Made by a program: the position numbers and the translations under genes
In this document: positions 20,345 through 28,239 of the stretch, piece by piece
How the letters are laid out: every line of letters begins with the position of its first letter
How positions within the stretch are numbered: the first letter of the stretch is position 1
The notes under the pieces: generated by a model
Told to the model about the DNA's origin: nothing
Databases searched by the model: none
What the model saw: only the letters and a program-made list of their open reading frames with translations
From: an uncultured Lentisphaerales bacterium
Lineage (GTDB): Bacteria; Verrucomicrobiota; Lentisphaeria; JABSQK01; UBA12247
Direction: 5' to 3'
Assembly (NCBI GenBank): GCA_943788985.1
Contig: CALSSJ010000025.1
Location: 1 to 28,239, forward strand
Length of the DNA stretch: 28,239 bases

Positions 20345-20580
20345 CGCCAGGTGCGAATGGCGCCTGAGCGCAAACAGGGACCTCCCGAAGGGAAGAGCCC
20401 GACCAAGGGGATCCGGAGCGAAACGCAAAATTTCCAATTTCCAAATCAAGACTGTCGAGACGTATTCACAGTCTTGGACGTTGGAGATTCGTTGGCTTCG
20501 CCTGCCTTTGGCTGTTGGATATTCTCCAAGACGGGCCGTGACTTAGTGCGTCGTCGACGGGGAAGGGAAATTAGAGAGGA

Positions 20581-20874
20581 TTAACAGGAGATAGAGAGAG
20601 CCTGCCTATCGGTCCCGAATCCTTCTGCTTCTCTTTTTCCGCAGCGCTGTGTCGCTGAAGCGAGTTCCACCGCGAGATCTGCCTGAATCTGATCTAGTTC
20701 TTTGACGGTCGTGGCCTTCTTGCGCTGCTCGTCCGCGTAGAGACGCGCTTCCGCTTCCTTGGCCTTGTAGCGACTGGCTATCTCTGCGATCTGTTCTTTT
20801 TGGGCGTCGCTGATTGGAGAGGGAGTTTCCTCGCCGCCAAAACGCTCCATCGCAAGCTCGTATGCGCTCTTCAT
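20581..20874 (-). CDS. Conserved hypothetical helical protein (C-terminus possibly frameshifted)
   Basis: MKSAYELAMERF...QKEQIAEI...YKAKEAE; follows ptsH in the same orientation. Confidence 0.7.
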   Translation of the reverse strand: MKSAYELAMERFGGEETPSPISDAQKEQIAEIASRYKAKEAEARLYADEQRKKATTVKELDQIQADLAVELASATQRCGKREAEGFGTDRQALSISC

Positions 20875-20888
20875 AGCTACTGCCCTAT

Positions 20889-21171
20889 CTACTGGACTTT
20901 CGGCGGAAAGTCGAAGCGACGTTCGAACAACTCGTACAGGCTGTCAGCCATCGCTGTCTCGTCTGGACCGTCAACATGGATGGTGACTTCCAGTCCCTGC
21001 GTCAGGCCAAGACCGATCAGGCCAATGACGCTCCGCAGGTCGGTCGCGGCCATGGTCTGACGTGATCTCCAGAGAGGCCGGTGTAGTCCTTGGTCGCTTG
21101 GAGGATGAGCGCAGACGGCCGGCAGTGAATGCCGTTTGGCGTTGCGAATGATCGCGGTGCGCTCAGTACAT
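20889..21171 (-). CDS. ptsH: Phosphocarrier protein HPr (frameshifted; missed by the ORF track)
   Basis: Stitched minus strand: ERTAIIRN..GIHCRPSALIL...DLRSVIGLIGLGLTQGLEVTIHVDGPDETAMADSL (active-site His and Ser46-like motif). Confidence 0.85.
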
Positions 21172-21184
21172 CGGCCAGCGACGC

Positions 21185-21751
21185 TTATTCCTGCCCGGCC
21201 TCTTTCGCCGGAGCAGGTACGGCAGCGGCCGGAGCTCCAGCGGCAGGAGCCGCTTCTACGGGGACCGATTCAGCTGGAATCTCGGCAGTCTCGGCAGTCT
21301 CGGCGACTGGAGGCTTCGGGGATGAGCCTTCGGACGCAGCGATTGGAACCTTCGCGGTCGAACCCTCTGGCGCGGATGCCGTATCGCTGGCCTTCGTTGC
21401 TTCTTCTGTAGCGGCTGCGCTGGTGGCAGCTGCCGCTGGTTGAGTCGGTCGTCACTTCGCTAATTCCGGGCGGCGTAATGCTCCGCGCCGTCAATGTCGT
21501 TCGTGTTGCCTGCGCCAGCGATCCGAGTCAGGATCAGCGTATTCACGAGGAAAACGATGCAGGCCCATTTCGTCAACCCTAACCAGCAGCTCATCGGCTC
21601 CTGCTCCAAGAGTGTCTTCCATGGCTCCGCCACCGGTAATGCCGCCAAGGCCACCGCCAGATTTGCTGCGTTGAAGAAGGACGATCACGATAATAAATAC
21701 AGCTATGACCCCCTCGAAGAGGTAGAGGAGACTATAGAAAAATTCGGTCAT
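21185..21751 (-). CDS. secG: Preprotein translocase subunit SecG with long Ala/Pro/acidic tail (frameshifted)
   Basis: VIVLLQRSKSGGGLGGITGG...LTKWACIVFLVNTLIL, then a low-complexity tail. Confidence 0.85.
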
Positions 21752-21894
21752 TGTAAATACTCCCGATGGGATGCTCGCGTACGTGGCGCCGAAAAGCCCG
21801 ATACTGTAGCAGCGAAAAAGTCAGATGCAACGCGTGCCGCGCCCGAACTTGCGCACAGCTGAGAGAAGTGTGTTCCCGTTCTTCCTGACTCCAG

Positions 21895-21934
21895 AAAAAA
21901 CAAAGCAACCACTCCGCATTGGACGTGATTGCTT
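21895..21934 (-). terminator. Intrinsic terminator directly after a tRNA-like 3' end
   Basis: Minus strand AAGCAATCAC...GTGGTTGCTT hairpin followed by TGTTTTTT. Confidence 0.75.
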
Positions 21935-21937
21935 GGA

Positions 21938-21979
21938 GAAATGGTGGAGCATATCGGATATTACATGCTCCACCATTTC
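21938..21979. mobile_element. Putative att junction: tRNA-Ala-like 3' fragment plus an inverted copy
   Basis: Minus strand ATCCGATATGCTCCACCA (21959-21942); perfect 15-bp inverted repeat at 21938-21952 and 21965-21979. Confidence 0.7.
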
Positions 21980-22030
21980 CATCGCCACTGGGCGAGAATC
22001 CCTGCAAAACAGGAGGGCACAAGATAACCC

Positions 22031-22052
22031 CTGTGTACCAGACTGTGTACCA
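22031..22052 (+). repeat. Tandem 10-bp direct repeat, candidate integrase arm-type sites
   Basis: CTGTGTACCA-GA-CTGTGTACCA about 50 bp inside the putative att junction. Confidence 0.55.
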
Positions 22053-22119
22053 AGAATACTAATCTAAACCAATTCTCTCATCGATCACCGTAACCACACA
22101 CCTCGAAGAACACCACAAA

Positions 22120-22427
22120 GCCACCCAAGCCAGCCGCCGCTAGTGAATTTGAGCTGGAAGTTGAGTATGTAGACTTCGACGAGTTTCTGATGGGTTTCTA
22201 AAAGCGCCCCGTCAGGAAGACGGTATCTCAATGCTCAAATTCGCGTATTCTACCACCAAAACACCTATCTGCGCGGAATATCGCACGCAGCAGGAAGGGA
22301 GGACGGCCGGGCCAGCTGGCCCGGCCGTCCTCCCTTCCGTTTCTTCGCCGTCTCCGCCCCGTTTCCTTGAATACCTCATCCCGTCAGCGTATCTTGGCTG
22401 TATCGGGAAAAAGCAATTTCCTATCAG
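22120..22427 (+). mobile_element. 3' remnant of the IS91/ISCR-like element including the putative oriIS end
   Basis: 22120-22316 matches 28042-28239 (one substitution, one indel); ends in AAGCAATTTCCTATC, resembling the TTCCTAT of ISCR oriIS ends. Confidence 0.85.
22293..22338. repeat. Perfect 46-bp palindrome with no spacer
   Basis: GGAAGGGAGGACGGCCGGGCCAG|CTGGCCCGGCCGTCCTCCCTTCC. Confidence 0.95.
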
Positions 22428-22531
22428 TTGCAGCCACCCCCGATTCGCGCCCCGGATGGGGTGCCAGAATGCGTTGCTATCTGGATAGCAGCCGCAGCAC
22501 TGGTCTTTTACCCGACAGCCCCAAACACACA

Positions 22532-22566
22532 AAAGGCGCTGAGTCCACGAGGAACTGAGCGCCTTT
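22532..22566. terminator. Hairpin, possible terminator below the adhesin gene
   Basis: AAAGGCGCT...AGCGCCTTT inverted repeat. Confidence 0.5.
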
Positions 22567-22588
22567 AGTTAGAAATCAGACAACTAGC

Positions 22589-25500
22589 TCAGGGGGCGCC
22601 TGGCGGAGAAGACGCCGCCGCTGGCGACGGTGACGCTGCCGCCGATGGTGCCGGTGCCAGCAAGGGTGGCCGCCGCTGTTGACGGTGACACCGCCGCCAA
22701 CAGAACTGGTGACTTGAAGTGTGCCATTATTTACCGTAGGCCGTTTGGGTGCCAGTGTACGTACCAGTAAACTTCCACGGTGCCTGGCCCTTCCTTGGTC
22801 ATGAAACCGTTTTGCCACCTCACAGCAAGGTCCAAGTCCACATCGTCTGTGCCATCAGCTACAGTTAATGTGATTGTGCCAGCAGTTTGCAATGTTCATG
22901 AACCCGCCATTGGTCGAGGAGATTGTATTCTTTGCCCCTCCGCTGGTGACCACATTATGGGTGCTGCCTCCCCCCTGAAAGAGATGGTTGCCGTTGTTGA
23001 AGTTGATGGTGCCGCCGCCGACACTGTCAAACGTAAAGGTCTTGTTGTTGAGGACCGGACGGTTGGCTCCGCCGACACTGGACTGAAACTCCAAGGTGCC
23101 GGTGCCGTTGATAAAAAATTGTCTGGGGCTCATGCCTGCGAGGTCAGCAGTATTTCTAAACTGCAGGGTGCCGGCACTCACGGTTGGTTGCCCGTGTAGG
23201 TGGTGGTGGCGGTTGGCGATTTGGAGGGCGAGGGTGCCAGCGCCGCCCTTGCTTAAGGAAAGCGTACTGGAGCCGCCTGCGTTGTTGCGGATGATCCCGC
23301 TATAGGTGTAATCTGTGGCATTGTCTACGGTCAGTGTGCTGAGGCGCCGGTGCCTGTTTCTTCCACCTGGATGACGGACAAGGTCCGAGATGCGTGATGC
23401 CGCCGACGGTTTCGTCAAAGCCATTGAGCTCAAACTTGCCACTGTTGCCGGACGATAGCCGTGGATGCTGAGGACGGCAGTGTCGGCGATCTGGTTACTG
23501 GCACCAAGTCGCAGGGTGTCGGCACCCGAACCGTCGCCAATGGTGATGTCTCCGGGAATGGCATCAAGCCCGGCAGTTTTCTGTAGGACGATGCTCCCGT
23601 GGTTAAGCGTCGTGCCGCCACTGTAGGTGTTGGCTGAGGTGCCGGAGAGGATAAGCTTGCTGAGTCCCCGCTTTCGAGAGAGTGCCTGTGCCGCCTATGG
23701 CGCCGCTGATGGTAAGTGTCCGGCGGTCCAGCGCATTGCCGTTGTCGTTGAAGGTCGTCGTTCCGTCAGTGTCACACTCCAGTAATCGCATGCGTGCTTG
23801 TATTTCCTGCACTCCAGTAGTTGCTGAACTGAGCATTGGTCTCGAAGGTCATGGGGCTGGCGAAGGTCTCTGCCGCTGCCCACGTCATGATTTGGCCGCT
23901 GGACTGAACGTGTACGCCTGTGGCCGCATTGGACAAGGCTGTATTGGGAATCCCTAAGAAGGCGCTCGACGCAACTTCCAAGGTCCCGATATTGCTGGCG
24001 CTCCCGGCCCAGTTCCACCAGTTCTCCCCGCCAACTTTCGTCAGGTTAAAGCCTCCGCCGTTGATGGTGGCAAAGTTATCGACGCGTCCACCACCGCCGC
24101 CAATCTCAGTATTCGCTGCCAGGGTAATGGTGCTTTCCGCCGGCAAATGAGGTACTATTCGCGGTACTGTACAAGGCACCACGGCCGCCAGCGCCGTCGT
24201 GGCCGGTGCCGCTGATCGTAAAGTTCTCACCGGAGGTCGGGTCAAAGCTGGCGCCGTCCTAGCTCTGCGCCGCTGCTGACCGTGTCGCGCCAGCGGTCGA
24301 GCCGAGGGCTGCATTATTGCCCAGCTGGAGAAGGCCCGCGGTAACCGTGGTCGCGCCGCTGTAGGTGTTGGCACCGGAGAGGATCACGTGGCCGTTCTGG
24401 GAGCTGGCAACCTCATCAATGGTGAGGGCACCTGCACCGGAGATCACCGCCGCTGACCTGGACGTACTTGTTGTCCCATTTTCCGGACAGCGTACCGCCC
24501 CCCGCACTCAGGGCCATGGTCCCGGTGATGTCGTATTGCCCGTCCTCTGAGTGGATGGTCCCCCCATCAAGTGTGAAGGCGTTATCGAGGGTGAACGAGG
24601 CGGTATTATTGATCCAGAGGCGGAGTTCACCGCCTGAATTTACTGTAACCGCGCCTGTCCCCAGTGCGTCCTGATGAGAGGTCGTGCCGCCACCGGTGCC
24701 AAGGCTGACGACGCCAGCGTTGATCGTGCTGCCGCCGCTGTAGGTATTGGCTGTGGTGCCGGTGAGGCTGAGTGTGCCCGCGCCTGTTTTCACAAACGCC
24801 CCCGGTGCCGGCGATGGTATTGCTGACCGACTGCGCGGTGGTATTGGAGGCTTGGAAGGTGCCGTTGGCCGCGAGGTCGATGGTGTCAATGTCGAGCGTG
24901 CCGGCGCTGTAGTCGAGCGTGCCGGCCAGTGGTACCGCCGACGTCCAGGGTTTCAGCGGTGGCCGTGCCACTGCTGACCTGCGCGGTGCCGCCGTTGTCG
25001 ATCAAGGCATCCACGCCGGTGCTGGGGATGGTGGCATTGTCGGTCGCGTCCCAGTTGGTGCCGGTGAACCAGTTGCTGGTCCCACCGTCCCAGGCCAGGA
25101 AGTGCTGGCGGTTGGAGATGCCATAGTTGTGAAATGAATAGAGCGGGCTTGTCACGTGCGGTGTGAAGGAAAATGCCTGCGTGGTGCCCGTCGCGGTATA
25201 TGTATAGCTCAGCCGCAGTCCGTTGTTGTTGCCATACACGTTCTGGCTGATAGTGGCTGAGCCGCCCGCGCCGTCGGAGATCGTCTGATTACGGGCGGCC
25301 GTGGCATCAAAGCCCAACGGTGTAAAAGGAGGCTACGTACCGGCGGCCGGAGGTCAGCCCTGGAAAAGGTCACCGTTTCGGGATTGCCGCTAAAGTTGAA
25401 GCTATTGGCCAACACGCGGCTGGCGCCAGCACCGGTCACATTGTTCGCATCAGAGCCGAACGTCGCGCTCAAGCCGCTTGTGGTGTAGCCAGTCCCCGAT

Positions 25501-26237
25501 GGGTTGTTCCCACCCGCACCGATAAAGGTGACACCATTGATCACGGCGTTGGAGGCGCTGCCGAAGTTTGCGGCGGCGGTGTGATTCCACCCGGAACTTA
25601 CACCAGAGTCCGCGTCGTTTCGTCCAGGCAGCCGTGGTCAGCCCGTCCGAACTGGCCAGGGCGATGCTGATGTTGTCGAGCAGCAGCGTCGAATCACCGG
25701 CCGGGGCGATATTGGCAAACGTCAGTGTGGCAGAGGTCCCGGTCGCGAGTGAATTCGCTGCCTGCGTAGTTAGTAACTGGTTTGCGCCCCCAACCTCGGT
25801 AAAACGCACTGGGCGTCTGCAGCAACGTGCTGGCCCCCATCGTTGCGTCAAGCTGCGCATCCGTTCCGGTACGACCATTATAGTAGTAGACCACGCGATA
25901 GGTCTCGCCGATGGTCAGGGCCGGTGATCGTTTGTGAAAGCGTACCGGTGCCGGTGGAACTTTGAATAAACGCGACGTTGGTGCCATCGGGCTTGGTGCC
26001 GTTATTGGCGAACGGATTTCCGCCGCCAGGATTCACGCCAGTTCGCGCGGTATTCGTCGATGTCCAACTGGTGATCACGCCGTTGCCGCCTTGACTGCTG
26101 TATCCCGGAAACGTGCCGAACGTGTCCGTCTCAAAGCTGCCGTTGTCGACGGTCTGAGCGTGGCTGAGAAATGCGAGAAAGCTGAGCAGGCCAGCGACCT
26201 GCCATATTCGCGTCAGAACGTATTTACTATCTTTCAT
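22589..26237 (-). CDS. Secreted protein with autotransporter-associated beta-strand repeats (many frameshifts, apparently C-terminally truncated)
   Basis: Signal peptide MKDSK...LSHA; NGSFE carbohydrate-binding-like N-domain; repeats such as FVKTGAGTLSLTGTTANTYSGGSTINAG, LSGANTYSGATTVTAG, LSKGGAGTL. Confidence 0.8.
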
Positions 26238-26489
26238 AAGTGATCTCTTTATCTTGCAACTCAGACCGAGGTCGCGGAAACACTAGCGTTTAACGCGTGG
26301 AATTAAATTCATTGGCTTAAATTTGCTGCAAATGCCCTTAAATATCAAGACTGATCTATGTTTTTTTGCGACAATGCAGATATGTGCACCCGAATCTGGC
26401 GATGGCTTCCTGTTCTGCGCCCGCTTGCCGCCGGAGGGTGCACCATGCCCGTCCCAAGGATCGGCACAAAATGGGGAAACCTGTCAACT

Positions 26490-26749
26490 TAGGGCCCCGC
26501 GCGGAAATAACGTTACATTTTGCTGCTGGCTATTTTGGTTCCTGGCAAGGCGCGAGCGAGCGGGTATACCCGTAGGTATATCTCGAGCGATGCAACGCCG
26601 CCAGGGAAGCAAAAGAGCCGCAGCCCTGCGGGGCAGGGCGGCGGGCGGCCATCTACGGCGTTGCGTGTCGCATACGTACCTACGGGTACGCATCGCTCCA
26701 CGCGCCTTGCATATGACCATCCGGCGCTCCCGCCAAAAGGTAACGTTAT
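26490..26749. mobile_element. Palindromic MITE/REP-like element, right end truncated
   Basis: Nested inverted pairs: 26507-26521/26735-26749, 26545-26554/26701-26710, 26567-26578/26677-26688, 26592-26600/26656-26664. Confidence 0.7.
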
Positions 26750-26785
26750 CGGCGGCGCACACCGCGTGAGTCGCCGCTGTTTCAG

Positions 26786-28123
26786 TTGCTCGAACAGCAT
26801 TTTGACGAGTTCGAGCGGGTGTATCCGGACCGTTACCAAGAGCGCTATGGTTTCTTTCGGCCCGTAATTCGCAAGGCCGTTGATGCTTTTCTGGGTTGCG
26901 GCGACCTGCGCGAGGGGTTCGCTCGAGTTCGCTGCCCCGACTGCGGACACAACCTGTTTGTCGCATTTTCCTGTAAGCAGCGCGGCATCTGCCCAAGTTG
27001 CCATCAAAAACGTATGCTGGTCACGGCGATCAACATTGCCGAAAACGTGGCAGTCGCTGTTCCGCATCGCCAGTTCGTCTTTACCATGCCGAAACGGTTC
27101 CGCGCTTACTTTCGCTATGACCGGGATCTACTCAAGCATCTTCCCCGCCTTGCCTGGGAAACAGTGCGCGACGTCTACCGTGCCGTGCTCGATCGCGATG
27201 ACGTTGTTCCCGGCATGGTCGGCGCCCCACAGAGCTTTGGCGATCTAATAAATTGGCATCCGCATATGCACACTCTATCCACCGATGGAGCGTTTGCCAA
27301 AGACGGCACGTATCTGCCTGTGCCCGATGATCTGCCGATTGAGCCGTTCCTCAAGCTCTGGGAGCACAAGATCTTTGCATTGCTACTGGCAGAGGGCCGC
27401 ATCACCGAGAAGGTCGTCGAGCAGATGCGTAGCTGGAGGCACTCCGGGTTCAGCGTTGATAAGAGCGTCTACCTGCCGGCCGGTGACCAGGCTGCTATTC
27501 AGCGTTTGCTTCAGTACATGCTCAGATGCCCGTTCAGCCTGAAGCGCATGATTCAGACCACGGCGGATGGTAATGTTGCCTACCGAGCGACGCGCGAGAA
27601 GTGTATCGCCTTCCCGACCCGCAACGATACTCAGTTCCGTCGTGGTGTGTCGCGCAACTTTGAAATATTCGAGCCGCTCGACTTTATTGCTGAGGTCACG
27701 CAGCATATTCCGGAGCACGGCGCGCAGACAGTTCGCTATTACGGCTGGTATTCAAATAAGGCTCGCGGCATGCGCGCCAAGGCCGCAGAACAGGCAAAGG
27801 CAAAGCAGTCTAATGGCCTTGAGCCCCTCACCACCGATGAGAGCGATACGCCGTATCGTAAATTATGCCGTATGCGCTGGTCGGCGCTGATTAAACGAGT
27901 TTACGAAGTAGATCCATTGTGCTGTCCCCAATGTGGCGGCGCGATGACTATCGTCGCGTTCGTTGAGCAGAAGGACCAGGCCGATGTCATTGAGCGTATT
28001 CTCAAGCACTGTCAGCTATGGAATGATTACCCGCCCAGGGCGCCACCCAAGCCAGCCGCCGCTAGTGAATTTGAGCTGGAAGTTGAGTATGTAGACTTCG
28101 ACGAGTTTCTGATGGGTTTCTAA
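26786..28123 (+). CDS. IS91/ISCR-family rolling-circle (HUH) transposase
   Basis: Zn-binding CPDC...CKQRGICPSC, HUH motif WHPHMH, W.HSGFSV, single Tyr in LLQYMLR, VRYYGWYSN, C-terminal CPQCGG; the open frame extends back to 26744. Confidence 0.93.
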   Translation: MLEQHFDEFERVYPDRYQERYGFFRPVIRKAVDAFLGCGDLREGFARVRCPDCGHNLFVAFSCKQRGICPSCHQKRMLVTAINIAENVAVAVPHRQFVFTMPKRFRAYFRYDRDLLKHLPRLAWETVRDVYRAVLDRDDVVPGMVGAPQSFGDLINWHPHMHTLSTDGAFAKDGTYLPVPDDLPIEPFLKLWEHKIFALLLAEGRITEKVVEQMRSWRHSGFSVDKSVYLPAGDQAAIQRLLQYMLRCPFSLKRMIQTTADGNVAYRATREKCIAFPTRNDTQFRRGVSRNFEIFEPLDFIAEVTQHIPEHGAQTVRYYGWYSNKARGMRAKAAEQAKAKQSNGLEPLTTDESDTPYRKLCRMRWSALIKRVYEVDPLCCPQCGGAMTIVAFVEQKDQADVIERILKHCQLWNDYPPRAPPKPAAASEFELEVEYVDFDEFLMGF

Positions 28124-28239
28124 AAGCGCCCCGTCAGGAAGACGGTATCTCAATGCTCAAATTCGCGTATTCTACCTCCAAAACACCTATCTGCGCGGAA
28201 TATCGGCACGCAGCAGGAAGGGAGGACGGCCGGGCCAGC

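Noticed and set aside
21938..21979. Complete tRNA gene
   Set aside because: Only the 3' T-stem strand, acceptor strand and CCA are present; there is no D-arm or anticodon arm
22293..22338. Protelomerase telomere-resolution site
   Set aside because: No protelomerase gene in the window, and the palindrome lies inside the duplicated IS91 end
26500..26530. Xer dif site
   Set aside because: No TTATGTTAAAT-like XerD arm; better explained as the terminal repeat of the palindromic element
26323..27067. ORFs overlapping the MITE and the antisense strand of the transposase
   Set aside because: No recognisable motifs; these are shadow frames of GC-rich repeat and coding DNA

Overview
A GC-rich bacterial chromosomal segment, probably from the PVC superphylum (Lentisphaerae-like; this is inferred from gene content only). 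Positions 1-21750 are mostly housekeeping genes: an OmpR-type regulator, leuCD, an ECF sigma factor, a 2-hydroxyacid dehydrogenase, an esterase, an RRM protein, ferritin, gatCAB, tRNA-Asp, cdaA-cdaR, proA, a TraB-SBP-ThuA cluster, ptsH and secG. Two accessory zones stand out. (1) At 13560-15550 a complete, solitary integron gene cassette (59-bp attC, matching core site, promoterless ORF, no integrase in view) lies beside a decayed IS3-family element with a long structured 3' non-coding tail. (2) From about 21940 to the end is the probable edge of a genomic island. It is marked by a displaced tRNA-Ala-like 3' end with its terminator, an inverted copy of that end and arm-like direct repeats. Inside it, a truncated autotransporter-repeat adhesin gene sits between two direct copies of the 3'/oriIS end of an IS91/ISCR-like rolling-circle element, whose 5' end has been replaced by a ~260-bp palindromic MITE-like element. 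Clustered 1-bp indels in core genes are probably sequencing or polishing errors.
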